64,000 nt of DNA, taken from the NCBI GenBank assembly GCA_034927285.1, contig JAYFQF010000005.1, positions 40,229 to 104,228 of the forward strand, given 5' to 3'. Under the pieces are notes generated by a model. The model was not told the DNA's origin, made no database searches, and was given only the letters and a program-made list of their open reading frames with translations. Of this stretch, positions 28,799-38,880 are shown piece by piece. Each line of letters starts with the position of its first letter. Within the stretch, counting starts at the first letter, position 1. The position numbers were made by a program, and so were the translations under genes. The DNA is from Peptococcaceae bacterium. GTDB taxonomy: Bacteria; Bacillota; Peptococcia; DRI-13; UBA5745.

Positions 28799-29752
28799 TC
28801 ACCTGATCCTTTTCTCCAGAAAGTGCCGGAATTCCTCCGGGGTTTTCGGCAGATCCGGCGGCAGCTTCCCGGCGGATCTGCCGGCCGAGCCTGGCCCGCC
28901 GGTTTTCCGGGTTTCTCCGGTTTTTCCGGACCGGTCTTCTTCCCCGGCTTTTCCGGCCTTTTCCCCCGCCTCTTTCCCGGTCCGGCTCAATAACTCCGCC
29001 GCCGCCTGATAAAGCAGGGGCTTTTTTAACCCCGCCCGACAGATCAGCTCATCGTCGGCAAATATTTCTTCCGGCAATCCGTCGGCAATGATTTTTCCCT
29101 GATGGAAAACCAGCAGCCGCCGGGCAAAGCGCCAGGCGAAGTCCACGTCGTGAGTGGAGACCACCAGGGTCATGCCCCGGGCGGACAGTTCATCCAAGGT
29201 CTTTTCCAGCAGGGCAGAATTCTGGGGATCCAGGGAAGCCGTGGGCTCGTCAAATAAAATGATTTTCGGCTCCATGGCCAGGATATCGGCAATGCTGACC
29301 CTTTTTTTCTCGCCGCCGCTTAAATAGTGGGGCGGCCGCCGCCGGTATTCCTCCAGGTCCATGGCCTTTATCGCTCCCTCCACCCGGGCCAGGACTTCTT
29401 CCTTTGGCAGCTTCAGATTCATGGGGCCGAAAGAAACCTCGCTTTCCACCGTGGCGGCAATGATCTGCTGATCCGGCTCCTGAAACACGATCCCTACGTT
29501 TTTTCGCAAAAGGATCAGTTCCTGCCGCTTATGCCGGATTTCCCGGCCCTCAAACAGCAGCCGGCCGGCCTCAGGCCGCAGCACGCCGTTGCAGCAGAGA
29601 AAAAAGGTGGACTTTCCCGCTCCGTTGTTTCCCAGCACCGCCACCCGTTCTCCCGGGTAAAAGCGGGCCGATACTTCCTCCAGGGCCTTTCGGCCTTCCT
29701 GATAAGCATAGCTGACATTTTCCAGTTCCAATAAGCATTCCCGTTCTACCAT
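28799..29752 (-). CDS. cbiO: cobalt/ECF-type ABC transporter ATP-binding protein with a low-complexity C-terminal tail
   Basis: Walker A GNNGAGKST, signature LSGGEKKRV and Walker B ILFDEP. It is the last gene of cbiMNQO. A ~45-aa Gly/Lys/Glu-rich tail follows. Confidence 0.88.
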   Translation of the reverse strand: MVERECLLELENVSYAYQEGRKALEEVSARFYPGERVAVLGNNGAGKSTFFLCCNGVLRPEAGRLLFEGREIRHKRQELILLRKNVGIVFQEPDQQIIAATVESEVSFGPMNLKLPKEEVLARVEGAIKAMDLEEYRRRPPHYLSGGEKKRVSIADILAMEPKIILFDEPTASLDPQNSALLEKTLDELSARGMTLVVSTHDVDFAWRFARRLLVFHQGKIIADGLPEEIFADDELICRAGLKKPLLYQAAAELLSRTGKEAGEKAGKAGEEDRSGKTGETRKTGGPGSAGRSAGKLPPDLPKTPEEFRHFLEKRIR

Positions 29753-30678
29753 GCCGGACCTCCGCTTTTCTGCCAGGCTAAAAGGGCCGTGGCCGCCGCC
29801 AAAGAGACCGCCGCCCAGGCCAGATCCCCGGCCAGCACCGGCTTGGCCTGTTCCAAAAACCGCAGCTCTCCATCGTAGCAGCGGGCCTCCATGGCGTCAA
29901 AAGAGGCGGCTGCCTGCCGGAAGGACAGGGCCAGCAGATTGGCGGCGATCCCGGCAAAGCTCCGCCAGGAGTTTTTCAGGCCGTCGTCTCCCAGCCTGGC
30001 CCGGCAGGCGGTCTGCATCCGGTGCTGCAAGTCGATCAAAATAAAGATATAGCGGTAAATCAGGTACATCAGCTCCAGGACAATGGCCGGCATACGAACC
30101 CGCCGCAGGGCTCCGATGAGCTCATAAACCGGCGTAGACAGGCTTAAGGCATACATACAGCTGAGGGCTCCCATCGCCTTGACCATGATCAGCAGGGCGG
30201 CTCGCCGCCCCGCCCCGGTGGCGGAAAACCAATAGCCGCCCGGCAGGGGCAGGTCCAAAAGCCCCAGAGGCTCCGGCGACAGGCTGAAAATGATGGCTAC
30301 GCTGCTGAGCAGGATGAAGGAAGCCGGCACCAGCAGCAAAGAGAGATAGACATGGCAAGGAATCCGGCCGCGGCTCAAGGTCAGCCAGGTCATCCCTACC
30401 GCTACAGCCACAGCCAGCGGCACAGAGTCCGCGGCTACGCAAAGCACTAAAAAGAACAGGAACAGGCAAAGCTTAAAGCCGGCGTTCAGCCGGTTTAAGC
30501 CCGAGGTCTGGGCATAAAAATCAATGGAAAGATAGCCGCCATGCTCGTGGCCGTGGCTTTTGCCCAAAATGTAAAAGGCCGGGGCCAAAAGCAAGGCCGC
30601 GGCCAGGGCCGGTCCAGGCACGGCGCGGTAAAGCAGGGCAAAAATCACCGCCGCAGCCAGCAGGGAAGTAAGCAGCAT
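29746..30678 (-). CDS. cbiQ: cobalt ECF transporter T component
   Basis: Trimmed to MLLTSLL at 30678 (AGAGGGAG RBS). Polytopic, overlaps the cbiO start, and has a CbiQ-type C-terminal ARxxR coupling region (ACRARLGDD). Confidence 0.8.
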   Translation of the reverse strand: MLLTSLLAAAVIFALLYRAVPGPALAAALLLAPAFYILGKSHGHEHGGYLSIDFYAQTSGLNRLNAGFKLCLFLFFLVLCVAADSVPLAVAVAVGMTWLTLSRGRIPCHVYLSLLLVPASFILLSSVAIIFSLSPEPLGLLDLPLPGGYWFSATGAGRRAALLIMVKAMGALSCMYALSLSTPVYELIGALRRVRMPAIVLELMYLIYRYIFILIDLQHRMQTACRARLGDDGLKNSWRSFAGIAANLLALSFRQAAASFDAMEARCYDGELRFLEQAKPVLAGDLAWAAVSLAAATALLAWQKSGGPAW

Positions 30679-30862
30679 AAAACTCCCTCTTTCATTATAC
30701 AAGACAAAGGCCGCCCTGGACGACACGCCGGTCTTCTTGTATATTCAGCGGTTTTGTCTTCCGCCGGCTACAGTAAGAGAGCGCATCCGGTTAACAAGGG
30801 CAGCCTTATCCTTTTCTGAACGAAAGCACGAAAAACAGGCTTTTCGTTCCTGCTGTCATTCT

Positions 30863-31165
30863 TTATTTCACCGCAGCTTCAGTTTTATACTTCCTTCGGG
30901 CCACCAGGTAGCCGAAACCATAACCCAGGATGCTGGCTCCCAGGGCCGCCTGCAGACAAAACAGCAAGGACTCGGTCTCGCCGCCGGGAGGCTCCAGAAT
31001 GCTTTCGGCCCAGGGCTGATAATCGGGGTTAATGGCCGTAATCACTTCCTCCGCGGCGCCGTCGGCGCCGCCAAACTCGGAATCCTTGATGGCTAACAAA
31101 GGCACTATGGCGATCACCGCGCAGGCCGCCAGCAGGCAAATTACAATTATTGTTCTTTTGCTCAT
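30863..31165 (-). CDS. cbiN: cobalt transport protein CbiN
   Basis: About 100 aa and two TM helices. MSKRTIIVICLL...EFGGADGAAEE...PPGGETESLLF is typical of CbiN. The start abuts the cbiM stop. Confidence 0.85.
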   Translation of the reverse strand: MSKRTIIVICLLAACAVIAIVPLLAIKDSEFGGADGAAEEVITAINPDYQPWAESILEPPGGETESLLFCLQAALGASILGYGFGYLVARRKYKTEAAVK

Positions 31166-31166
31166 T

Positions 31167-31925
31167 CTATCTGCCTCCTTGCGCATAAGAAAAATAGCCC
31201 AGGTCAGTTAATTCCGGTTTTGCGTAAGTCTCCAGGCCCATGACCACAACAACGCTCAACAGCCCTTCGATAACGGCCAGAGGCACCTGGGTCACGGCGA
31301 AAATCCCCATGAACTCCACGATGGACGCCGCCGCGCCGCCTACGGCGCTGGGGTGAGCGATTCCCAGCTGAACGCTGGTGACGCAGTAAGTAAAGAGGTC
31401 CCCCAAGGCGGTGGCCAAAAACACACCCGCCAGCTTATTGATCTTCAGCTTTTGGCTCAGCCGGTACACTCCGTAGCTTAAAAAGGGGCCGGCAATGGCC
31501 ATACTGAAAATATTGGCGCCCAGGGTAGTCAGGCCGCCGTGAGCCAGCAGGATCGCCTGGAATAAAAGAACGATAGCCCCCAGCACCGCCATGGGGGCGG
31601 GCCCAAAGAGGACGGCTCCCAGGCCTGTCCCCGTAGGATGGCTGGAAGAGCCGGTAACGCTGGGGATTTTTAAAGCCGAAAGGACGAAGGCATAAGCTCC
31701 TGCCATAGCTAAGATCAGCAGAGTCTTGCGGTTTTCCGCCACAATCTTTCGAAGCTTCATCACCCCTGCCGCCAGAAAAGGCAGGCATAAAGCTCCCCAG
31801 ACGATGCAGTAGGCCGGGGGCAGGTAGCCTTCCATGATATGCATACCGCTTACGCTTTGTGTTACACCAAAGGTAAGGGCAAACATAATGGAAAAGGCCA
31901 TGAGAATTTTCTGTTTTCGATTCAT
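31167..31925 (-). CDS. cbiM: cobalt ECF transporter S component CbiM
   Basis: A signal peptide is followed by MHIMEGYLP (the processed N-terminal Met-His metal ligand motif). Confidence 0.9.
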   Translation of the reverse strand: MNRKQKILMAFSIMFALTFGVTQSVSGMHIMEGYLPPAYCIVWGALCLPFLAAGVMKLRKIVAENRKTLLILAMAGAYAFVLSALKIPSVTGSSSHPTGTGLGAVLFGPAPMAVLGAIVLLFQAILLAHGGLTTLGANIFSMAIAGPFLSYGVYRLSQKLKINKLAGVFLATALGDLFTYCVTSVQLGIAHPSAVGGAAASIVEFMGIFAVTQVPLAVIEGLLSVVVVMGLETYAKPELTDLGYFSYAQGGR

Positions 31926-31960
31926 GTTCTTTCCCTCCTTGAAAATTAACGGCGCAAGAG

Positions 31961-32270
31961 AAAAAAAGACCTTTTCCCTATCATGCGGAAAAGGTCAGAA
32001 TCAGCCGCTTGCGCGCGCCTGTCGGTTTACCGTCCCGCCAGAATTCCGTGGCGGACCGGCACTTCCCACCTCTTGCCGAGTCGGGTATGAATCATCAGGC
32101 AGGTCTTCTGGCTCAGGCTTCGGCGCCGGCGCTCCGTCTTCCCGTGTGTAACCACAGTGACCTTCTGGAGCGCGGCTCGGCCATTACAGCGGCGGTCCCG
32201 CGTGGGCTTCTCACCCAGCTTCCCTATTCTCGCAAGCCCAAAGGGCCTGCGCACCTGACGATGCTATATC
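31961..32270 (-). promoter_or_regulatory. cobalamin (B12) riboswitch with terminator expression platform
   Basis: The minus strand reads AATAGGGAAGCTGGGTGAGAAGCCCACGCGGGACCGCCGCTGTAATGG ... GTCACTGTGG ... GGGAAGACGG ... AGCCAGAAGACCTGCC (B12-box and core motifs). The terminator GACCTTTTCC-N10-GGAAAAGGTC + T7 lies at 31961-31996. An upstream TTGACA-17-TAAACT promoter lies at 32306-32278. Confidence 0.88.
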
Positions 32271-32350
32271 AACACTTAGTTTAGTCCCTGCCGCAGCCGG
32301 TGTCAAGAGCGGGGATTTCTTTTGGGATTTTTCTTTTTCAAGCAACTCAG

Positions 32351-32388
32351 AAAAATCCCCGGGGGATTTTTAACACCCCGGGGATTCA
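32351..32388 (-). terminator. terminator after the amino-acid ABC ATPase gene
   Basis: On the minus strand, AATCCCCGGGG-N10-CCCCGGGGATT followed by TTTCTG. Confidence 0.65.
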
Positions 32389-32408
32389 TAAATCAAAAGA
32401 GGCTCTCT

Positions 32409-33155
32409 TTATTTCAGAATAGAATTTAAGAACAGCCTGGTCCGTTCCTTTTTTGGCGCCCCGAAAATTTCCGCCGGCGGCCCTTCCTCCTCGATGCGGC
32501 CCTGGTCCATGAAGATCACCCGGCTGGCCGCTTCCCGGGCAAAGCCCATCTCATGGGTCACCACGATCATGGTCATTTTCTCCCGGGCCAGCCTCTGGAT
32601 GACCTGCAGCACCTCCCCGGTCAGCTCCGGATCCAGGGAAGAAGTGGGTTCGTCAAAGAGCAAAAGCTCCGGCTCCATCATCAAAGCCCGGGCAATGGCC
32701 ACTCTTTGCTGCTCCCCTCCGGACAAAAGGGCCGGGTAGGCCTGAGCCTTGGCGGTGAGCCCCACTTTTTCCAAAAGAGCGGCAGCCCGCTGGTCCAGCA
32801 CCTGCTCCTTCTCCTTTTTCACCAGCCGGGGCGCCAGCTTCAGATTATCCAGCACATTCATATTGGGGAAAAGGTTGAACTGCTGAAAGACCATCCCCAT
32901 TTTGGCCGTAAGGGTCCGGGAGTCCTGCTTGCTGCAATAATTTCCTTCCTGCACCAGCGGCCGGCCGTCGATCAGGATGGAACCGCCGTCCACCTTCTCC
33001 AGATCGATGAGGCAGCGCAGCAGCGTGGATTTGCCGGAGCCGGAGGAACCGATGAGAGCGATCACCTCGCCCTGCTCCACGTCAAAGGAAATATCCTTCA
33101 GCACTTCCTGAGAGCCGAAGGACTTCACCAAATGCTTTGCCTGGATTATACTCAT
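32409..33155 (-). CDS. polar amino acid ABC transporter ATP-binding protein (GlnQ-like)
   Basis: Trimmed to [14 protein letters not shown]. Contains [28 protein letters not shown] and [13 protein letters not shown]. Confidence 0.92.
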   Translation of the reverse strand: MSIIQAKHLVKSFGSQEVLKDISFDVEQGEVIALIGSSGSGKSTLLRCLIDLEKVDGGSILIDGRPLVQEGNYCSKQDSRTLTAKMGMVFQQFNLFPNMNVLDNLKLAPRLVKKEKEQVLDQRAAALLEKVGLTAKAQAYPALLSGGEQQRVAIARALMMEPELLLFDEPTSSLDPELTGEVLQVIQRLAREKMTMIVVTHEMGFAREAASRVIFMDQGRIEEEGPPAEIFGAPKKERTRLFLNSILK

Positions 33156-33166
33156 GGGTTCCCCCC

Positions 33167-33835
33167 TCACTTTTCCTGCAGTTTATGGCGTTCTTCCAGC
33201 TTTTTGAAGATCAGCGTCATGATAAAGACCAATACCAGGTAAATCACGCCGGCCACAATATAGGCCAGGGGGGTAACGTCCCGGCTGACCACGGCCTTGG
33301 CGGCGTGCATCAATTCCGCCAGGGCGATCACATAAGCCAGGGCCGTATCTTTTACCAGGGTAATGGTTTCGTTGGCGATGCTGGGCAGGGCCACCCGGAA
33401 CATCTGGGGCACGATCACCCGGGTCATGGTCTGGAGCTTATTCAGCCCCAGCACCTGGCAGGCCTCATATTGACCCTTGGGCACCGCCAGAAACCCGCCC
33501 CGGAAGATTTCGGCAAAATAAGCCGCGTAATTCAATATAAACGCCACCGCTGCCGCCGTGAAGCGCCCCATGGTCAGATAGGGGCCGATTTTCGGGATAT
33601 AGGGCAGGCCATAGTAGACAAACATCAGTTGCAGCATCAAGGGCGTCCCCCGCATGATGTAGATATAGACCTCCATCAGCCAGGACAGGGGCTTGACTCT
33701 GCTTCTGACTCCCATGGAGGCCAAAAAGCCCAGGGGCAGCGAGAAAACCATCGTTACGCACCAGAGGCCGATGGTCATTTTGGTGCCCTTTAATAACATG
33801 GGCAAAATCTTTGCAATGTACTCCATGAAGCCCAC
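33167..33835 (-). CDS. polar amino acid ABC transporter permease (His/Glu/Gln/Arg/opine family)
   Basis: 222 aa. The conserved region is [29 protein letters not shown]. Confidence 0.9.
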   Translation of the reverse strand: MGFMEYIAKILPMLLKGTKMTIGLWCVTMVFSLPLGFLASMGVRSRVKPLSWLMEVYIYIMRGTPLMLQLMFVYYGLPYIPKIGPYLTMGRFTAAAVAFILNYAAYFAEIFRGGFLAVPKGQYEACQVLGLNKLQTMTRVIVPQMFRVALPSIANETITLVKDTALAYVIALAELMHAAKAVVSRDVTPLAYIVAGVIYLVLVFIMTLIFKKLEERHKLQEK

Positions 33836-34188
33836 AAACCTTTCCGCTCATTTCCCCGGCGCGCCGGCAGACGCCGCCGCTTTTCATCGCCGTCTCCTCA
33901 GGAGCTGAAAAATCCCCCTGCATGCCGGCGGTCGCCGCCGGCTTTTCCCGGCAGATTTTTTTGCTTTTTCCCTTTTCTGCGGCCCTGGCCGGAAGACGGC
34001 AAAGAGGTTGCTGCAAAAAGAAAAATGCAACAACCTGTTCGTCAAAGCCTTTTTGGCAGGCCAAAGCCTTTCCCCTAATCTCAGGCATGGGCCCGGGGCC
34101 TGCCGCCGCGGCGTTTTCCGTTAACGGGCCGGGGCAGCCGCAAAACTTCGCAACTGCCCCGGGAACCTATTCTTTCTCTCCGGGCCGG

Positions 34189-35025
34189 CTATTTGATCAC
34201 CATGATATCTTCGCCGAACCACTTGGTGGAAATCTGGGCGGCGGTGCCGTCTGCCACCATCTCTTTTAAAGCGCCTTCCACGGCGTCTTTCAGCTCGGTA
34301 TTCCCTTTTTTGAAGCCCACGGCGTAGTCTTCAGGAGCCAGGGCGTCGCCGATGATCTCCAAACCGGCGTAAGCGTCGGTGCCCATATAGTACTTGGCAA
34401 TGACCACGTCGGCCACCACGGCGGAAAGCCGGCCGGCCACCAGGTCATTGAAGGCGTCCACGTTGGTGGGATACTCACTCATCTTACCAATAATGTCAAT
34501 CAACTCATCGCCTTCCACCGCGTCCTTGGCGGAAGACCCTTTCTGTACGCCGATTTCCTTGCCGGCCAGATCAGCCTTGGCGGTGATGCCGGAATCCTTC
34601 TTGGTAATGATTACCTGGGCATTGGCAATATAGGGTACGCTCATTTCCATGCTTTCCTGCCGCTCCGGGGTGACGGAAAAGCCGTTCCAGATGCAGTCGA
34701 TGTTGCCGGTATCCAGCTCGACTTCCTTGGAATCCCAGTCAATAGGCTGCAAAACCAGCTCATAGCCCAGGCGCTTGCAGACCTCGGTGGCCAGATCCAC
34801 GTCGAAGCCCGCGATATTTCCGTTTTCATCCCGGAAGCCCATGGGCGCAAAGCTGTCGTCCAGGCCCATGACAAATTTCCGGCCTGCTTCGCCCTGGCCC
34901 TCGGGGGTTTCTCCTCCGGCAGCGCCGCCGTTATTATCGGGGGCCGTGGCAGCGTCATCGCCGCAGCCGGCCAGGATGGTCATGCCCATCAGGCAGATTA
35001 ATAAAATCGTCAGTAACTTCTTCAT
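34189..35025 (-). CDS. amino acid ABC transporter substrate-binding lipoprotein
   Basis: Trimmed to MKKLLTILLICLMGMTILAGCG (lipobox) after GAGGAGGAG. It has an SBP_bac_3-like body (FAPMGFRDENGNIAGFDVDLA). Confidence 0.9.
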   Translation of the reverse strand: MKKLLTILLICLMGMTILAGCGDDAATAPDNNGGAAGGETPEGQGEAGRKFVMGLDDSFAPMGFRDENGNIAGFDVDLATEVCKRLGYELVLQPIDWDSKEVELDTGNIDCIWNGFSVTPERQESMEMSVPYIANAQVIITKKDSGITAKADLAGKEIGVQKGSSAKDAVEGDELIDIIGKMSEYPTNVDAFNDLVAGRLSAVVADVVIAKYYMGTDAYAGLEIIGDALAPEDYAVGFKKGNTELKDAVEGALKEMVADGTAAQISTKWFGEDIMVIK

Positions 35026-35158
35026 TTTCCTACTCCTCCTCATGTGTCGGCACAGGGCCTGGCCCTGTGCCCTATGGGGCGGCCCGATCGCTTCACCACT
35101 TTATCGCAGTAAAGTATCCGCCACTACGGTGATAGTTTAGCATGGTTACGCAATGAAG

Positions 35159-36856
35159 TCAACCTTGTAATCCGAATTTCTTGATCCGGTCGTAAAGGCT
35201 GGAAAGGGAAATGCCTAAGCTCCGGGCGGTCTCCCTTTTTCCCGCCAGGGAATTCCCGTATTTCTCCAGGGCCTTTTGGATGGCCTGCTTTTCCAGCTCT
35301 TCCAGGGTCAGCCCCGTCAATTCCTGTCCCAGTTCCAGCCCCTTTCCCTGGAGGACCTGCAGCACGTCGTCCCTGGTGATCACGCTTTTTTCCTGATAGG
35401 CCGAGAGCTTTGCCACAAAATTTTCCATTTCCCGGACATTGCCGGGCCAATCGTAGCGGGTCAGCACCTCCAGGGCGCCGCCCTCCATACGGGGAAGCCG
35501 CCGGCCGGGAGAGAGTTTTTTCAGCAGGTGCTCCACCAGAACCGGGATGTCCACCCGCCGTTCCCGCAACGGCGGGATGTGGATATGGATCACATCCAGA
35601 CGATAATATAAATCTTTGCGGAACAGCCCCTTTTGGACCAATTCCAGCAGGTCCTGATTGGTGGCGGCGATGACCCGCACGTCGATCTTCTTTATTTCGT
35701 TGCTGCCCAGCCGCTCCACTTCATGCTCCTGCAGCACCCGCAGCAGCTTGGATTGGAGGATCAGCTCCATATCCCCCACTTCGTCCAGAAAAATACTGCC
35801 GCCGTCGGCCAGTTCAAACTTGCCCGGCTTTTCCCGCCCGGCGCCGGTAAACGCTCCTTTTTCATAGCCGAAAAGCTCGCTTTCCAGAAGCGTGGAGGGA
35901 CTTGCCGGACAGTTTACCTTGATAAAAGGATTGTTTGCCCGGTTGCCTATCCGGTGAATGCCATGGGCAAAGAGTTCCTTGCCGGTGCCGGACTCGCCGG
36001 TAATCAGCACCGTAGCCTGGCGGAAGGCGGCTTGGCGGGCCTGGTTGAGACAGGCCAGGAAAGCTTCGCTGACGCCCACCAGATCGTTAAGGTCGTAGAC
36101 CGGCTGATTCAGATTGCTCAGTTCTTCTTTCAGGGAAGCGATCATCTCTTTTTTCTCCTGCAGGGCCTGGGCCAGCCGTCCGGCATTGGAGGCGTCGTTA
36201 AACACCGTAACCGCCCCTACGATCTCCCGTTTTTCATTGTAAATCGGCGAGGCATTGGAGACCACGGGCTTTTTAGGCTGGGGGTAGCTGAGATGGGCGT
36301 AAACCGGTTTTTGGGTGGTCAGCACCCGGCTGATGGCGCCGTCCCGCTGCACCTCAAAAGCATTGCGGCCTTCCCTTTCCTCCCGCTCTACGTCGCTGAT
36401 TTTAAAGGAAGCGTCGTTGCAGTAGATAAAGTTTCCCGCGGCGTCGGCGATCTGGATGCCTTCCGTGGCATAGACAGTGATGACCTCCAGCATACGCCGG
36501 TAATAATCCAGATCCTGCAGCAGGCCGATAAATTGATAAAAGCGCTCCAGATGGCAGGGACCTACCAAAAAGGGCCGGTCCGGCAGTCCCAGGTCGCCGG
36601 CGTCTTTCAGCCTGCCCCCAAAATCCAGCACCAGATCAAAGCCCCCGGTTTTGGGAAGCTGTTCCGGGCTTTCGTAAATTTTCGCCGGCTCCTTCCCGGC
36701 CGGGGGCAGCTTAAAGCCGTTCTCCGCCGGCTTTCCATCCACCTCAGGATAAAGGAGGATGCCCCGAATGGGCAAAAATTCCGGCAGGGCCGCCCGTCTG
36801 CCGAACTCCCGTAATTCCTGGAAACTGCCGACGAACAACAGAAAATTTCGTTTCAT
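35159..36856 (-). CDS. sigma-54-dependent transcriptional activator (unknown N-domain + PAS + AAA+ + Fis-type HTH)
   Basis: Contains [15 protein letters not shown] (Walker A), the [10 protein letters not shown] (GAFTGA) loop and a C-terminal [25 protein letters not shown]. Confidence 0.92.
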   Translation of the reverse strand: MKRNFLLFVGSFQELREFGRRAALPEFLPIRGILLYPEVDGKPAENGFKLPPAGKEPAKIYESPEQLPKTGGFDLVLDFGGRLKDAGDLGLPDRPFLVGPCHLERFYQFIGLLQDLDYYRRMLEVITVYATEGIQIADAAGNFIYCNDASFKISDVEREEREGRNAFEVQRDGAISRVLTTQKPVYAHLSYPQPKKPVVSNASPIYNEKREIVGAVTVFNDASNAGRLAQALQEKKEMIASLKEELSNLNQPVYDLNDLVGVSEAFLACLNQARQAAFRQATVLITGESGTGKELFAHGIHRIGNRANNPFIKVNCPASPSTLLESELFGYEKGAFTGAGREKPGKFELADGGSIFLDEVGDMELILQSKLLRVLQEHEVERLGSNEIKKIDVRVIAATNQDLLELVQKGLFRKDLYYRLDVIHIHIPPLRERRVDIPVLVEHLLKKLSPGRRLPRMEGGALEVLTRYDWPGNVREMENFVAKLSAYQEKSVITRDDVLQVLQGKGLELGQELTGLTLEELEKQAIQKALEKYGNSLAGKRETARSLGISLSSLYDRIKKFGLQG

Positions 36857-36874
36857 GAAAATTCTCCTTGCGCA

Positions 36875-36987
36875 GTTGTGAAAATCGAAATTAATTCCGA
36901 TTTCGAGAATGAAGGCCGCTGCCTTTATTATACAAGAAATGCAGGAATCTTCAACGACCTTAAAAAAAATGCTTCCGGAAATCGGAA
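36875..36987. promoter_or_regulatory. candidate enhancer (UAS) sites for the sigma-54 activator
   Basis: TCGAAAT-N8-ATTTCGA lies at 36875-36896. The exact 10-nt inverted pair TTCCGATTTC (36886-36895) / GAAATCGGAA (36978-36987) sits 120-230 bp upstream of the -24/-12 element. Confidence 0.4.
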
Positions 36988-37106
36988 ACGGTCTCCTCCA
37001 TTTCCTCCGCCGTTTTTTCAGTCAATTATTTGTGAAAAAATATACTTTCCTTTTATCGTCTGTTAATTCCAACGTTTTTAAATTTTTCAACGCTTTATCC
37101 TTTTCC

Positions 37107-37122
37107 TGGCATGTCATTTGCA
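37107..37122 (+). promoter_or_regulatory. sigma-54 (-24/-12) promoter
   Basis: TGGCATGTCATTTGCA matches TGGCAC-N5-TTGCW with correct GG-N10-GC spacing. It is 101 nt upstream of the permease ATG and faces away from the activator gene. Confidence 0.8.
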
Positions 37123-37223
37123 GAGATAAAGAAAGGGCCGGGAAACCCTTCGGGAAAGACTTCAGAGAAAGGAGGCTTTGCTTCAGGCCAATGCTGCAAA
37201 AGAATGGAAAGTGAGGTTTTTCT

Positions 37224-38576
37224 ATGATTATTGTTGTTGTCCCTGTCATTATTCTATTCGCGATTATCCTCATCAAAAAAATCCCTTATATCGGCGGAAA
37301 TATCCAGATCGCCCTGATGCTGACCGGACTGGCCGCCCTGCTGATGGGCGGCATGGTTAATCCCATCTCCTGGATCGCCGCCTGGATCAACGGCATCGAC
37401 CGGCTGGCCTGGATCATCGGTCTGGCTGTCTTCGGCAGTATCTACGCCGAAACCCAGGTACGCCTGGGCACCATGGAAACGGTGATCAACGCCCTGCGGG
37501 CTTCCTTCGGCCGCTCCCCCAAGGGGCTGATCGTCTGCGTGATCATCGCCCTGACTATCGCCGGTTCCCTGATCGGCGACGCCACCGCCTCTTCCACCGT
37601 TGTGGGCGTACTGGTCATCAGCGCCCTGGCGGAGATGGAGCTTTCCCCGGAAAAAATCGCCTCCACCGTAGTCATGGGCGCCAGCCTGGGCTCCATTATG
37701 CCCCCGATCACCCAGGCGGTGTTCCTGGCCTCCACCATGGCCAATGTGGATCCTGACGCCGTGGCAAAGGTAGCTTACTTCACCGTTGGCCTGGGCGTAA
37801 TTATTTGCTCCGTCTACGCCGCTTACCACTACGTGAAGATCAAGTCCCTGCCCGAGGATCTGATCCCCAAGGAAAAGGCCAGGCAGATTCTGGCCAAAAA
37901 CTGGTATACTCTGGTGCCGCTTTTTGTGCTGCTGGTCCTGGTGGTCCTGCGTACCGGCCTGAAAATCGACATTGCCACGATGCTCTTTGGCCCCTTCCTT
38001 TCCTGGCTCAGCGGCCTGACGATCTTAAAGGGAATATCCAACCTGATCGTCTTTAATATTATTATGGCCACAGTAGTAGCCTTTTGCTTCCCCTCGGTTC
38101 ACCGCAACGTGGGCAGCCTCTTCAGCACCGCGATGAAAAACGTATTTCCCTGCGTCAGCGTGCAGCTTTCCGCCGGTCTGATGCTGGGCGCTTTCTACGC
38201 CGCCGGCCAGATCGAAGCGGTACAGAATTTTGCCATGGGCTTAAACCAGCATGTCCTGAAAATCGGCGGCGGCTTCTCCCTGATGGCCGTAGGCATGCTG
38301 ACCGGGTCCCAGACCACCGCCCAGAACACCATCTTTTCCTTTCTGGCCCCCGCCCTCATCAGCGCCGGCGTGGACCCGGTAAAGACGGCCGTGGCCGGCG
38401 CCCATCTGGCCATGTCCGGACAGGGCATGCCTCCCGCCTGCCTGACCACCTTTGTGGTCTGCGGCCTGGTGGGCGGCATCCTGGCCAAGAAGGTGGACCC
38501 TCTGAAGACCATGCTTTACAACATGCCCATGTGCATTTACTTCATGATCGTGGGCTTTGTTTTCCTGTATATCTGA
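37224..38576 (+). CDS. ion-transporter-superfamily-like permease (~12 TM; substrate unknown, possibly an amino acid)
   Basis: 450 aa and highly hydrophobic. Its two-repeat architecture is reminiscent of the DctM/GntP/DcuC-type IT superfamily. I cannot assign an exact family by eye. Confidence 0.6.
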   Translation: MIIVVVPVIILFAIILIKKIPYIGGNIQIALMLTGLAALLMGGMVNPISWIAAWINGIDRLAWIIGLAVFGSIYAETQVRLGTMETVINALRASFGRSPKGLIVCVIIALTIAGSLIGDATASSTVVGVLVISALAEMELSPEKIASTVVMGASLGSIMPPITQAVFLASTMANVDPDAVAKVAYFTVGLGVIICSVYAAYHYVKIKSLPEDLIPKEKARQILAKNWYTLVPLFVLLVLVVLRTGLKIDIATMLFGPFLSWLSGLTILKGISNLIVFNIIMATVVAFCFPSVHRNVGSLFSTAMKNVFPCVSVQLSAGLMLGAFYAAGQIEAVQNFAMGLNQHVLKIGGGFSLMAVGMLTGSQTTAQNTIFSFLAPALISAGVDPVKTAVAGAHLAMSGQGMPPACLTTFVVCGLVGGILAKKVDPLKTMLYNMPMCIYFMIVGFVFLYI

Positions 38577-38694
38577 ACTAAGGCAGCTCCAAAACTCCCG
38601 GAGTCTGACCCGGTGATCAGGTGGACCCGGGGAAAAATGCCGCTTGATGAACCGCTGTTCTGAACCGGCCGCCCAGGGCCTGACTTGACCCGCT

Positions 38695-38736
38695 AAAAAA
38701 AACGGGCGGCAGGGTTTCCCTGCCGCCTGTTTCCTT
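38695..38736. terminator. bidirectional terminator after the permease (stronger U-run on the minus strand)
   Basis: A8 - GGCGGCAGGG-ttt-CCCTGCCGCC - tgtttcctt. Confidence 0.75.
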
Positions 38737-38852
38737 ATATAATTATATCATGAATTCTGATCAGAACGCGGCGGTCTCTTTATAACGCGCCTGTCGCACG
38801 GCCCGCCACGAGAGGAAAATTATGACGTAATCCCCTGTGTTCATTATAAAAT
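38731..38852. repeat. copy 1 of the dispersed ~101-bp-period intergenic repeat ((a)-B-A)
   Basis: 38752-38819 aligns with 62097-62163 at 51 of 67 positions by hand alignment. 38820-38852 aligns with the 33-nt A module at 28 of 33. Confidence 0.75.
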
Positions 38853-38880
38853 AAGATCATGATCAGAGGAGGCGGACAAA

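Noticed and set aside
33465-34088. 207-aa minus-strand ORF spanning the SBP-permease spacer.
   Set aside because: It runs out of frame into the permease gene, has no RBS, and has implausible composition. The spacer is better explained by hairpin structures.
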